Origin: Octopus sinensis
Lineage: Eukaryota
Reading direction: 5' to 3'
Length of the DNA: 64,000 nucleotides
Assembly: GCF_006345805.1 (NCBI RefSeq)
Contig: NC_042997.1
Location: 117,304,001 to 117,368,000 of the forward strand
Shown: positions 24,161 through 38,284 of the stretch, piece after piece
Layout: each line of letters starts with the position of its first letter
Position numbering within the stretch: the first letter of the stretch is position 1
Made by a program: the position numbers and the translations under genes
The notes under the pieces: generated by a model
Told to the model about the DNA's origin: nothing
The model's input: the letters and a program-made list of their open reading frames with translations, nothing else
The model's database searches: none

Positions 24161-25855
24161 TTTAGACATGTCCCTTGCGAATCATACCTCAGTTATATTC
24201 TCCACTGTTTTGGATTGAATACTTTGTCTTTTAGAAACTCAAAATCATAAACATGCGCATGCGTGTTACCCACTCCTTGTGAATGGGCGTGTTTTTCATA
24301 GCTCTGGCCAGTCGGGACCTGAAGAAACAGGATTCAACGCAGCCCAGCTATTCAACTAGAATGTACCTAGTTTTTCTTTTCTTTTTTTTACAAGTACGTG
24401 GAAAAGCTTGGTGCTGTACTGGTAAATGGGTGTAGAACGCCAACCAGTCCCATAGCAACATGTCAGGCGTCGCGACGACAACTCGTTAGCCAGCAGCGAA
24501 TAGCACCTGCCTTGGTTTCACTATCGGACCTCATTCCACCCAAACTTACCTCGGCAAGTCTGAATTCACTACAGCATACTACTACCATTACGAAAGGTCA
24601 GAATCTGCTTCAAAAGGTTAATGCTAGTGCAACTACATCAGGAACATTGTCCAAAGATTCTCCTCAGCTCCATCGCGTGACTTTTAGAAGACCCCTGCAA
24701 CTTTTTATTTCGAGTCCCCACCACTTCATTCAAAATTCATAATCTATGCACCTTTTATTCATAGCTATATTTTACTTTATTCTATCTAAAATTCAATATT
24801 TCACGTTAAAAGTGATATAAGTTAAATTTATTTAGGTATATTACGAATTTCAATAAATAAAACTTCCATATATGAATAAAAGAGCACTTTTATAATCCAG
24901 GCAACTTTCAAAGACAAACACGGCGCACTTTTCACTTCGTAAACTCATCGATCAGTTTAGAATAATCAAGCTGAGAGCTAAGTTCATGTTCAATAGATAT
25001 CATAGACAATTCACAAAGCCTGGTACACATTCGCGGGTACAGTGTAATAAGCTTTAGAAGAACTTTTGCGGGTACAATGTATGACCATTTTATTTCTTGA
25101 AATTTTCAGTTAACATGGATAGTTTAATTCTTGCTTAACATCTTAACCAAAGTAAATAGATGACTCATTTACATACTTTGATCTTAACATGGGGGCCCCT
25201 CAACCGTGGAGGCTCCCTGCGACCACAGGGATTGCAGGGCTTAGCAACGGCCCTGATTCTCCTTCACTTCACATGCCAAAACAGAAAAAAAAAACTAATC
25301 TACTTCAAAAACAAATTTGAACTTAGCGGTAGCAACAACAAAAGTGACTTCTCTTTCTCTCATCTTCCCTTATGCTACAGGTTTATAAAGAGCATTTCTC
25401 CATATGGTATAACGGGAAAATTCTTTCCTACCAACTTTGCCCCTAATGCTGTCGCGAATAAGAGTCCATGACCCTAATCATAAATATGGATGGTCAAAAG
25501 GTATGCCTTCTTCCATCATAAATTCTGCCAGAATTTTTCTCTTTTAGAATATGCCTGAACCGGAAATCCGCTACAACCATCAGAAAGGCACAAAACGAAT
25601 GAAAAATAAACAGCAAGATGGTGGCTGCAACAAAACAAAATATCACCACAAACCACCTGCTAACATTAACCAGCGAAATATATATATATATATGATGGCT
25701 GCCCCCTCGTCATCGAGTATGGCCATTGCACGAAGCTTAACTGTTACTGGTGCTGTGATCGAATGTGACTTTTTAGCCCAGCTAAAGATCTACAATGTTT
25801 TGTGCAGAATTGGCAACTAAGAGCTTTACCGGTAATAGCTGGCTGTAGTTGCAGC

Positions 25856-25926
<71 letters not shown>

Positions 25927-26070
25927 TACGTACATTATTTATATATATTATTTTCATATCTGGTTATTATCTGTAATTTAATGTTTCATCTGTAAAATTC
26001 TGGAGAAAATTTGCATGATAACCCACTTGCTAACTTTCTATGAGCAATCATTCTTTCTGCCTCCTTATCC

Positions 26071-26134
<64 letters not shown>

Positions 26135-26397
26135 TTGTGTCATCATCTCATGTGTTCTCCCTTTCTCCTTTTTCTTTCCATGATATTAAATACGTGTTTC
26201 TTTTTGTAATCCTCTCTCTATATATTTTTTCATTCTCTCCCTCTCCCTCTTCCTTTGGCTCTCACTCTACCTTACAGTCTGTTATTCGCCATCTCTTCCT
26301 GATCTTGCTCTTCAACCTCGTTAATCTCTCCTTCAGCCTTAATTATCTCGTCTTTTGCATTTATCTTCCTTTCTATTCCATCTCTCTCACTCTCATA

Positions 26398-26449
<52 letters not shown>

Positions 26450-26649
26450 GTCGTATACTTGGAGATTTCCTCTCCTCTTCGTCCCCCATTGCCTCCACTT
26501 TCCCGTCCTTCTAACATCTACCTTTCCCACATTCTCTCCCTTTCATTTCTCTCTCTTCCACTCTTTCTCTTTTAGTCAACAATTAAACATTATCGAACAA
26601 ACTAACACTTACATCAACTTTCAATGGCGATACACAGCAAACAGTACAA

Positions 26650-27000
26650 TATACAGTCACCTGAAGAGCTATGAGAGATCTTAGTAAAACCAACAAGGTA
26701 TTCATCGTCTCCATCTTGAGACGTAGAAATTGTTCTGTTTTCCAACGTTCTGGTAGCAGAAACAATAGAAACGATATGCAATAATGTATACATACATATG
26801 AGAATATAACCACTCCGCGATACTATCAAACACATTCAAGAATTTATGAAGATATTACACGACATAAATATCCTTTTGTTGTCTAGAAAACAAAGTATCA
26901 TATATACAAGATGGAGAAGCCATGCGGTCTCTCTTAGGATCCATGTTCACACAGGCATTCTACATGACTACGATAGATAACAAAGTGATACAGTGGTATA
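26650..27000 (+). mobile_element. Decayed Penelope-like RT fragment
   Basis: S*DVEIVLFSNVLVAETIETICNNVY...YIQDGEAMRSLLGSMFTQAFYM resembles PLE motifs FDVxSLFTNVP / YxQxDGVAMGSPLGPxFANFYM. Confidence 0.7.
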
Positions 27001-27053
27001 AGCGTACGATATACATCAAGTGTTAGGGCGATATACTAGGAATAATGGACGCA

Positions 27054-27217
27054 GGGCGCAGGAGTGGCTGCGTGGTAAGTAGCTTGCTTACCAACCACAT
27101 GGTTCCGGATTCAATCCCACTGCGTGGCACCTTGGCCAAGTGTCTTCTACCATAGCCTCGGGCCGATCAAAGCCTTGTGAGTGGATTTGGTAGACGGAAA
27201 CTGAAAGAAACCCGTCG

Positions 27218-27258
<41 letters not shown>

Positions 27259-27467
27259 CTGTGTGTTTGTGTGTATGTGTTTGTCCCCCCAACATCGCTT
27301 GACAACAAATGCTGGTGTGTTTACGTACCCGTAACTTAGCGGTTCGGCAAAAGATTCCGATAGAATAAGTACTCGGCTTACAAAGAATAAGTCCTAGGGT
27401 CGATTTCCTCGACTAAAGGCGGTGCTCCAGCATGGCCACAGTCGCGTGACTGAAACGAGTAAGAGTA
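27054..27467 (+). mobile_element. Full-length family A SINE
   Basis: Head gggcgcaggagtggctgcgtggtaag; tail catggccacagtcgcgtgactgaaac. Confidence 0.93.
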
Positions 27468-27571
27468 CATCGGGAGACATTCAGAAAGTTTTGTTTTTTT
27501 GGCAGGGGGTTGAAGTTAACTAAAAAAAAAAAATGAGTCGACGCGTGTACATTTTTTTTTGTTTTTGAACC

Positions 27572-27810
27572 TGGTATTATTCTATCGCTCTCTTTTGCCG
27601 AACCGCTAGGTTACGGCGACGTAAACCCACCAACACCGATATTCAAGCAGTGGTGGGAGACGAGCATACACACACACACACATATATATACATAATAGGC
27701 TTCTTTCAGTTTCCGTCTACCAAATCCATTCACAAGGCTTTGGTCAACCCGAAGCTATAGTAGAAGATACTTGCCCAAGGTGCCACGCAATGGAACTGAA
27801 TCCGGAACCC
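27572..27810 (-). mobile_element. Family A SINE internal fragment, inverted relative to 27054-27467
   Basis: cttttgccgaaccgct...tttcagtttccgtctaccaaatcc...cttgcccaaggtgccacgc. Confidence 0.85.
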
Positions 27811-27994
27811 TGCCCATTTAAACCGAAGTCATAAACAAATTATTACACTCACATAATGATAATGAATATCTGTACCGACCCAAAAATAGTAATTATAAAA
27901 TCACCATATAGAAAACAAGCATTTAGAGTCTCATCTACAAAAGAAGCATCCTATGAAGACATATTCAGACTAATCCCTTTGTTATAGGGGCAAC

Positions 27995-28140
27995 AAGGCT
28001 TGGTTGATTATTTTATCGACCACGGAGGGACTTAAGACAAAGTCGACTTCAGCAGAATTCGAACTCAGAACGTAAAGACGGACGAAATGCCGCTAAGCAT
28101 TCTGCTCGGCATACTAACGATTCTGCCAGCTCCTCGCCTG
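27995..28140 (-). mobile_element. Family C SINE fragment
   Basis: aagtcgac...gaactcagaacgtaaagacggacgaaatgccgctaagcatt...ctgccagctc. Confidence 0.75.
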
Positions 28141-28353
28141 ACATGTACAGAATAATACGAACACTTATCAACGACGATTTTCTAATAATCCAAGTCGTTG
28201 GCCAAATTTGCATAAAAAGTACACAAGGCCCAATTACTAAAATAGAAAACCCGCACAAAAGATTTTGTATAAATTCAATGCCCATTGAGTCTATATAGAA
28301 TGCTTAATCGGATTATCAAAAATCTCATAAAACTAAAACTAATAATTTACTCT

Positions 28354-28746
28354 CTTTACTCTTTTACTTGTTTTAGTCATTTGACTGCAGCCATGCTGGA
28401 GCACCGCCTTTAGTGGGGCAAATCTTATTCTTTGTAAGAATAGTACTTATTCTATCGATCTCTTTTGCCGAACCGCTAAGTTACGGAGACGTAAACACAA
28501 CACCATCGGTTGTCAAGCGATGTTGGGGGACAAACACAGGCACACAAACATATACACACACATACATATATATATACATATATACGACGGGCTTCTTTCA
28601 GTTTCCGTCTACCAAATCCGCTCACAAGGCTTTGGTCGGCCCGATGCTATAGTAGAAGACAATTACCCAAGGTGCCACGCAGTGGGATTGAACCCGGAAC
28701 TATGTGGTTCGTAAGCAAGCTACTTACCACACAGCCACTCCTACGC
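28354..28746 (-). mobile_element. Full-length family A SINE
   Basis: Reverse of head gccactcctacgcc and tail catttgactgcagccatgctggagcaccgcc. Confidence 0.92.
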
Positions 28747-29879
28747 CAACAGAAAAAATGAAATTTACTACAGAAAAGGGAAATTTAAAATATTTTCAAT
28801 AACAAAAATTATGCAAACCCGGGAACAAGCTTCTAAAAAGTGATATGCCTCGTAAATTCGATTGCAAATGGGATAATCGCCCATTATGCACTTACAAGGG
28901 ACACTCGTAATGTATTAGATTACAAAACAAAACTAGACTGGAAAAGTACAGAATGATCAAATGGTCAAAAAGTTCCCTTTAGAACACAGAATTCCATGTT
29001 AGAGTTTTCTATGCGATCCCTAGTCATGTGAGTAAAGATTGATAAACGAAAACTGTATGGAATCTCGTAATGTGGATTATGCAAATACTTTAATGGTTCA
29101 CCCATGTCGTACTGTGTCACACTGATAACACCTGAGAATTACTTTAAGGATACACGTGTCTTTGGAATACTCAGCCACATGTTAATACTATGAACCGGTA
29201 ATTTTGTTGATTGAACATCTTAGTGATCAACAACAACGAACGGAGAATTATTTATATTTTCTCTGTGGATAAAGAAATCAAAGAGGCCTCATACAATTGG
29301 AGGGGACATTATAAAACCATCAGCAGTTAAAACGGTCCGTATTATATGGCGAGATAATGTACTAAGAAGTTATCAAATGATACAATCCGAAGACGTAATC
29401 TAGAGATTATATAAAAAAAAAAAAAAAACTGATTTTCTGAAACGCAAGAGAGAAAAAAATAGCAAGTGATGTATTTAATATTCAGCTATATGAAATAATT
29501 CCTAGATGTAAAGATATATGTGGAAGAAAAGCCCGAAGAAAACATTTTTTCTCTGTAACGTTTACAAAATGATATTTTCGTAATAGATTGATTTTCATTT
29601 TTATAAGAACTATTAAGCAAGAATGAGAATTACAGTGTATTGTCCGACGATACAGCATTTATGCTTGAACCCCATCTAGGGTTTTACAGAAAAGAAAGGG
29701 AAATCAATCATTGTATCATATTTAAGTTTTTCCAGTCTTTACATAGAAAGCCTTCATTCAAAATACGTATGTTTGGAATGTCATCGTTTAGTTTGTAATC
29801 TAAGCTTTACAAAGCAAAAACCTCATAGTAACAAACTCTTCAGTGAATTCTGTTGTTCTATCGGATTTTTCAAGATGAA

Positions 29880-30460
29880 CATGTATTATATTACACCACG
29901 ATGATCAGACTGTTATCATTCGAGAAATTCTCAGCGAGCTATGTCACTGCGAAATGAAGAAGAGATTGCTTAATCCGGAACAAAAAGAAAAAAGAAAATC
30001 ATGCTTTTACTTCAAGATTCCAAGTGAATGCTTCAATTACATTTTGTTTCCGATATTTTTTTCTTTACTCAACAACTTAAACATCTCTCTGCAAGGCCGT
30101 GATCAAACAATTATTGGCTTCACGGAGAAAATAAATGTGCTGAAAGAAAAAGAAAAGAAGGAACAAAGAAATGCTTCATCTTTTTTGTTAGCATCCAATC
30201 TATTGAAAGAATAATACAGAAATAATTCTAATGACGTACGGAATATTATCTAGAACTATCTAACAAACTTCACAACAGAATTCAATCATTACGTCCTGAC
30301 AGAAGATGTTGAGAATTAAATTTGAGAGAAAATTCCATTTAATATTGACATTAACGATTTGCATAAGGATTTTGTCAATATCAATAAATTTCAAGAACAG
30401 TTTATTGATGAACAAAGTGATGTGACAGATATAGTTTCAATAAAAATGTCGAATCTATTA
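29880..30460 (+). mobile_element. Decayed hAT (Buster/Charlie-like) transposase fragment
   Basis: IFFSLLNNLNISLQGRDQTIIGFTEKINVLK and FQEQFID motifs. Confidence 0.7.
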
Positions 30461-31649
30461 GAACGTTCTAGTTGAATGTTAGGAAGGGGGGAAAAACGGT
30501 TGTTGGAAAATGAAGTAATAAAGGTGATATGGTGAAATGGCTGATGATGGTTAGAGAAGTTTGTTGAGTAGGATAGGCATTTGAGAAAGTAGTAGGAAGT
30601 GGATGTGAAGTGTTAGTGTTACTGGAAATCCAGGTGAGAGACTGGCAGATTAGATTCTGTGTGCAAATACGACATTTCAGAGCAAACTTGATGCACATAC
30701 TGTATGTGTGTATATATACATATACATACATTATACATATACATACATTATATATATGTATAGATATATATATACACACACAATCAGTTGAGAACGAATA
30801 CAAACTCTTCAACAGGCACAAAATACGCATAAGTATATTTATATTTTACACACACACACACACGCGTGTGTGTATGTGTTTGCAATTCAAAATTCTTTTT
30901 GTACTAGTGTAAACGAACTGTTCAGTCCGAGAATCGAACCGATGGTCTACCGATCGTGAGTGCAATACTCTAACCACTTGGCCACGCACCTTCACGCACA
31001 CACACGCACACACACACACACACACACATTTATATATTATGTGATATTTGAAGCAAAATATGTACAGTATTAATAACATCTAACAAGATTGAAAAATATA
31101 AACATATTAATACTAAAGTGGCTTTTAATATGTGTGTGAGCGTGTGTGTGTGTGTGTGTGTGTGGAGATAGAAAATATATAGATAAATAGATAGATAGAT
31201 ACATACATACATACAAACGTTCAAACAGACATTTGTATATATATTTGTTTTACAGATAATAACGTAGTAGTCTGTGGTGTATGGCCGTCAATAATGTATG
31301 AGAACACGCAAGAATATGAAGTACTTGTGAGTAAATGTAAATATTGTACCGGGCGCGTTAACTTAGATTTAATCAAACGTCCCCCGTTCTATCAATACAT
31401 ATGCCAGTATCGAAATTGAAATCTGTGGGTGGCAAATCAGGTCTGTATTAAAGCTAGGCTAGGTCGATGTAGACGTGATTTCAAATTTGCTCCTTTAAAA
31501 TTTCAATCTATTTTTTCCTTTTTTTAAATTTCAGCAAAATGGATCCGTGAAACTTTTATGAAGGTTCATGCTGGAAGTATGCTTAATTGTGGCCTGATAG
31601 TTTATTGAACTTTTTATATATGTATAAAGATGGTGTTGTGTGTGTGTGA

Positions 31650-31700
<51 letters not shown>

Positions 31701-32250
31701 TTTAGATTCTTGGGTGTTTAAGATATGAAAAACAGTTGTAAATGGAAGTGCGCTGTTTGATCTGTGTGGTGTGACATGGTGTTGCTGATCTGGTGTTAAA
31801 GGATTTTACATTTGGACAGGATAAAATCATATATGCATCAGCACCCCTAAAAACAGCTGTAAATTCACAGCTTTATTTCTACCGCGTTGTACAGAACATA
31901 CAAATGTAATATTAAAGGACTGTCCAACAAAAATTAACCCTTCATTGTATAAATCTGAATTATTCCCCTACTACAATATTCAAATTTACTCATAAACAGC
32001 TTGTTTCCCTGCAGGTTTTCATAAATTAGTGTCATTCAGTACATGATATAAAATAAGTCGTCCTGATGGTTGAAGTGAGGGAAAATCCCTAGCTTCACGC
32101 CAGACGAAACTAGATATCTTCATTTGAACATGAAATTTGAGTTGCTGCTCAAAACTACTAAGTTATTGTATATAGACGGCATTTAATTGTATAGAGTACT
32201 TTCAATTTCTGAACCTATCAACAAACAATAGACGTGCGTGTGTGTGCGTA

Positions 32251-32293
<43 letters not shown>

Positions 32294-32483
32294 TGTGTGT
32301 GTGTGTGTGTTTTTATATAAATGTTGAGAGGGAGAGGTAGCGAATTGGTAGGGTTACTAGAGCGTCGGGTCTAATACCTAGCGGTGTGTGTGCGCACGCG
32401 CGTTGATCTGTACTAAAAAAAACCATTGATAATGATTTCAATGTTTCAGCTTATTAGCCATTATCAGGATTCTCAGTCATCAA

Positions 32484-32922
32484 ATAGGAGTGGCTATGTT
32501 GTAAGTAGCTGGGCGTAGGAGTGGCTGTGTGGTAAGTAGTTTGCTTACGAACCACATGGTTCCAGGTTCAGTCCCACTGTGTGGCACCTTGGGTAGGTGT
32601 CTTCTACTATAGCCTCGGGCCGACCAAAGCCTTGTCAGTGGATTTGGTAGATGGAAACTGAAAGAAGCCCGTCGTATATATGTATACATATATGTATGTG
32701 TGTGTATATGTTTGTGTGTCTGTATTTGTCCCCCCAACATCGCTTGACAACCGATGCTGGTGTGTTTACGTCCCCGTAACTTAACGGTTCAGCAAAAGAG
32801 ACCGATAGAATAAGTACTAGGCTTACAAAGAATAAGTCTTGGGGTCGATTTGCTCGACTAAAGGCGGTCCCCCAGCAAGGCCGCAGTCAAATGACTGAAA
32901 CAAGTAAAAGAGTAAAAGAGTA
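32484..32922 (+). mobile_element. Full-length family A SINE with duplicated 5' head
   Basis: ataggagtggctatgttgtaagtagct then gggcgtaggagtggctgtgtggtaag; complete tail. Confidence 0.93.
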
Positions 32923-33559
32923 TTTATTCTACTTAAAGCATTCAGTCATCCTTCAGTTCAATGTTAAATTGCCTTTTATATATAACCCCATCTAAAAACG
33001 AGAACTAAATCAACACTAATGAAGCAGGTCTGTGGCTAATGGTTTTCTACCTATGACCATCACATCTTTCAGTAAGGTAAAACAGGAACTGAGTTCCATT
33101 TTTAGTAAATGGTTACTGCGTAGTCTCTGTCTTGTAGGCTCCGATGAATGTCCTTTGGTTTTTAAAGAAGGTAAGGTATTCTTCGAGGAAGATTTAACTG
33201 TAGTTTAGAACCACTCACATATTGATCGTCAATGGGTCTGTAAAGATATCAATAGTCGGTAGTAACAGAGGAACAGAGGTGTCTGGATGGATATGTAGTT
33301 GATTAGGTAAACAAATAGGAACCTTAGATCTGGAGCACATCTGTAGAACGCCATAAAAACTAAACAATAAGATATGAATTACGACTTTCATTCATGTTTT
33401 TATATATACTTTATTTATTTGAAACTAGACTGCTTTGGACTCACCAGGCGTCGTCAAACTACTTATCGGCACAAATTATATATACATACAGCTATATATA
33501 CACGAACGCACTCCCTCAAATGTGTTTGTGTGTCTATGGAAGTATGGTGAGTGAGAGAG

Positions 33560-34439
33560 ACGCATAGGTATATAAATACACATATATGTGTGTGTATAGG
33601 TATATATGTGTGTATAGGTATATATGTGTGTATAGGTATATATGAGTATATATGTGTGTATAAGTATATATGAGTATATATGAGTATATATGTGTGTATA
33701 GATATATATGAGTATGTGTGTGTGTAAATATAATTATATAGAGAGGGATAAATACTTAGTACGTACAAGTACGTACTTAAATGCGAAAGTGTGTGTGAGT
33801 GATGGTGGTGGTAGTTGTGGGAAGCGTTTGTTGTTTGCGTGCGCGTATGCGTGTTAATATTCATTTAAAATGATGACAGATATAAAACCAATTTAATGAT
33901 GAGTGAATAAAAAAAATTTTAACTTCCAAAGCAATTTTTTTCATGACTATTCTGTTTACCTCCTGCGTGAGCTGAGAGGTATTTATCACGTTTACATTTT
34001 TGCTTTTTGTTGATTGATCTATGCTAACATGCAAGTATTTGTGCATATAAACATATATACATGTGCGTGTGTTTGTATTTATGTATGTATATATACGTAT
34101 ATACACATGTGTATGTATTTATGTATGTGTATATATATTATATATATATATATTATATATATATATATATGTATATATATATTATATATATATATATTAT
34201 ATATATATATTATATATATATATATGTATATATATGTATATATATTATAAATATATATGTATATATATGTATATATATATTATATATATAAATACATACT
34301 CATATGTGCGTCTATACATATATGTATATATAAACACACACATATTTATACGCAGGTATGTATACATGTATATGTGCGTGTGGTGTGAATGTATGAAAGT
34401 ATTGTACACATATATGCATATATATATATATATACAATA

Positions 34440-34492
<53 letters not shown>

Positions 34493-34620
34493 TGTATGTA
34501 TGCATGCATTTATGTTTGTGTTCATGTATGTAAATATTGTACGTGTGTACGTACGGATGAGTTGTATGTATATATGTACGTATTTAGATATGAGTTATGT
34601 ATATGCGTAAATATATGCGT
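33560..34620. repeat. Compound TA/TATG/TG microsatellite region
   Basis: Direct reading. Confidence 0.9.
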
Positions 34621-35265
34621 GCGTGTGAGCTGCTGGAAGAAAAAGTAGTGTTGTTCAATAACTAAAGTTAATCAATTCGATGAGTAATCTTTCAAGAAAG
34701 GCATCTGTGTTCGAACCAGCTGCACTCGGAACTAATTCAATTTTCATTCGTTTTAAACAATAAAATAATTGGGAACAGAAGCTAATTGATTAATTTTTGT
34801 GGAATTAAGGTAGCCACATTTCCTTAATGAGTAAAGAATTTTTTTTGTTTTTGATCTTTTAACTATGGTTCTTTAACACAGTTTCCTTGCCAATGGCTGC
34901 AGCCATGCGCGGGAAAATATTTCAAAAGATAACGTGAAAAGAAAACGATGATCAATCATGAATATGTAAAGAGAGAATGACAAAGATACATGTACAGAGA
35001 GAGAGAGAGAGAGAGTGGGAAAGACATAAAGTCACACACATCCATACATAATACGTATATATATGTACATACATATATATACTTTACATATGTAATTTAG
35101 ATTTAGTTCAAATAGGTACTTAAATTGAGGCACCTTGTTTGGACGAACTAATTTGCACACTCAAGCAGTCTTAGGTGAGTATCAAACTCTACGAAGAAAT
35201 TTTGATCTCCCCTGTTACTCTTACAGTGTAAGTATATGTCTGTAAAGATTTATGTAAATAAGTAT

Positions 35266-35322
<57 letters not shown>

Positions 35323-35329
35323 TATATAT

Positions 35330-35526
35330 GTGACCTCGTGTGTACCGTTGGCGATTTTTTTTCCTCTGTCTTCCCTTCTCTGGATCTTTCTTTCTCCTAT
35401 GTTTCCGACGAAGAGCTCCGCTCGAAGCGTTAAACCCTCCTTCTTTCCTGAGCGTCCAATAATACTATATTTGTTCCACGTCCTCGCGTTGTTGTGTTTC
35501 TTGTGCTTTCTTGTTTGGATTAACTT

Positions 35527-35530
<4 letters not shown>
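35330..35530 (+). mobile_element. Penelope-like terminal repeat with degenerate hammerhead motif (3' part repeated at about 53349-53420)
   Basis: gttt ccgacga a gagc tcc gctc gaag cg tt aaac; ttccacgtcctcgcgttg...cttgtttggattaacttt shared with 53349-53420. Confidence 0.65.
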
Positions 35531-35571
<41 letters not shown>

Positions 35572-36046
35572 GAGATTAGGTACTTAAGTTCAACCACCAT
35601 GTCAGTCCGGTATTATCCGCACAGCTCGAAGTAAGGTGAATAATTTTCATGTGTGTGTGTGTGTGCGTGCGCGTATATATAAATTCAGGATTTGACCGTT
35701 ATTTGAGCTTCCACTGAATTTCAGGAATCAGAGAATCCAAAGAGCTTGAAACTCTGGTAGCACGCAAATTGTCGATTTATACGAACACAGCAACAAACTT
35801 TACATCCTACATTGGTTATTATTATGAACATCCCCAAAGAAAACTAAAATAAAATGTTACTGAGCGCCACCGGTTTATTGGAAGGAACGATAACTCTTCA
35901 GCTGATGTTTCTTGTGTACCATTGATGCTTAAATAGCTTTTGAAAAACTTAAATTTGAATTAAATTTACTAATAAGGCAAATATTATCTTGTGAGTTGTA
36001 CTGATGACCACCCTACTAGGGCTTTACTCTCATTTAACGCATCACT

Positions 36047-36220
36047 GCGGGCTGGAAGAGGCCTCGTGGAAGGCCCAGTACCAGATGGCTAGTCGCTGTT
36101 TGGGAAGATCTCCAAAGGCTCGATGTCACCTTGGAGGATGCAGAAGGGCTGGAATGGTATTGCCAGCGATGGAGAGCTCTGAATTTGGTCAGTTCTACAC
36201 ATGATGTCTCTGAAACCATT
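36047..36220 (+). mobile_element. RTE-clade LINE 3' fragment
   Basis: GWKRPRGRPSTRWLVAVWEDLQRL. Confidence 0.75.
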
Positions 36221-37678
36221 TACCGGTGATGAGTCCCAGCCACATCAAACAAGTGCAAAAAGCAGCAGTGTGTGTGTGTATGTGTGTATGTGTGCGCGTG
36301 TGCGCGCGCATGTGTGTGTGTGTGCGTGTGCGTGTACACGTGCGCACGTGTGTATTCATAACTTAGTAAGTCGTTAAGTAGAGTTCAGAAACAAATAACC
36401 AAAAAAAAGTAGTGTTTTGGTTCGATACGGTTGACTAAATAACAGTGAAATCAGTGCTCAAGCGTAACCACAGTCCAGTAACTCAAACCACTTAAATAAT
36501 AACAGACTATGTACTATTTCACCTGCGACGGACCGGCGTCCCGTCCAGTGGGGAACCTATACGCTAAGAAAACTGGGAAACCGGCCCTTATGAGCCAGGC
36601 ATGGCTCGAGAAGAAACAAACATGTACTATTTATACCAACTGTATCTACTTGGAATAATTTAGTAGTAGTTCGAGTAGCTGTAAACTTAAAACACTAAAA
36701 TATGTGTTCAACGTCTGAAATACATGACTTCAATTCAACAGTAAATTTGCTTTAAACAAAAACGAGAACTAACATTAAACAGTCTTATTTATCGTAATCG
36801 AAATCTTTACCAACTCGAATGTTAGCAATGGCAGTATATGTTTCACAGCATTCTCATCTCCAGCTCCCATCTTGACTTAAACTAAATTAAGATTGCTGGA
36901 TGGGGATTGCGTTAGTGTTTAGTTATATGAGTGAAAATGTATTATGTTTATATAAACATTGATGTGTATCGAGCGATGTAAAATAATGACAACGCACTAA
37001 GATGTATTGGAAAGTAACCTTGAATGTAAGGCTTTATCAGATTCTACCGGGTAGAGTCGTAGATACATAAAACAAACAAATCAAATCTTGTTTACATTCA
37101 TAAAGTGTATTCAAATATGGAGTAGACATTCAAAAGAACTTCAACAAAAACAAAAGAGAATAAGACTTGTTAGGCTCCTTGATTAATAATGTAAGGTTTC
37201 GGTTCTTGTCCAAGTTAAATCGTACGTAATCTTTCCCCTTCTGCTTTTTTCTCTTATATGTTGACGTTGTATGATATTTTTGGTAAATATAATTGAGAAA
37301 CTGTTTCGTTCTTACTGAGGAGTATAAGTATATTTATGTTCGTTTATTATTTATTTCTTTGGAAGCTTAAATTTCGTATCACAATATATGAACGGAGAAG
37401 ACAGCAAAAAGAGAAGGAAAAAAACGGAAACATGTTTCTAATATTTTAAGAATAAGACACACAAAACAAAATGTTATTAATTCTTTTTATATGAGCCTCT
37501 GCCATCAAAGGGGAAAAGATATTGTTGTATCTGCCAATATGTTTCAAATCAATGTCTACGAAAAATAGAAAAAGTTATGAACATCCAAAATCACATTTAC
37601 TGTCTATCATATATCCGATGTACTTAACTAAGAAATACATATAGTTCCAACCCAGTCATTACCGTCAGTATAAAAAGG

Positions 37679-37754
<76 letters not shown>

Positions 37755-38284
37755 TGCAACGAAAACTTGAATTAGTCCAACTTAACATGTAACCAACAGA
37801 GATCAATGTTCTGTTCTCTAAAGATTTACTTAATGTCTGTATCGATATTTTAATATTCTATGTTAGACTTTCGTACACATATTTTGTATATAAACTTTGC
37901 CATACTTCTTTATGTTTAACGATCAATCTTTGAAATGCTTAATAAAAAAAAACTAAGCTTATAACCAATGCATTCTCATTAATATCTGCAATATAGTTGT
38001 AATTTAAAAGTTTAAAAGAAAAATTGAATTAAATCTTAGTATAATCGATTCTAAGAATCAATAAGTAGTGTGAGTTGAGGGTATATTCTAAAGGTAAAAT
38101 TTGCATTTATTATTTAAATAATATGGAGTAAATATTAATTTCGTTTCGACCTTCTTTAGTGTCTGTGTCACTGGATTGTCGTTTAAAAAATTGTTCTTTT
38201 TAAGTAGACAAACTATAATCTGCATAGTGTTTCGATTAGGGAGCAAATATTTAAAAAAAAGTGGGAGTGGATTGGTAGCACAAT

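Noticed and set aside
24398-24742. 114-aa ORF MEKLGAVLVNG...
   Set aside because: No recognisable domain or coherent splice context.
26887-26995. Apparent exon ENKVSYIQDGEAMRSLLGSMFTQAFYM with AG/GT boundaries
   Set aside because: Better explained as a decayed Penelope RT motif (YxQxDGVAMGSPLGP), with matching upstream RT motifs.
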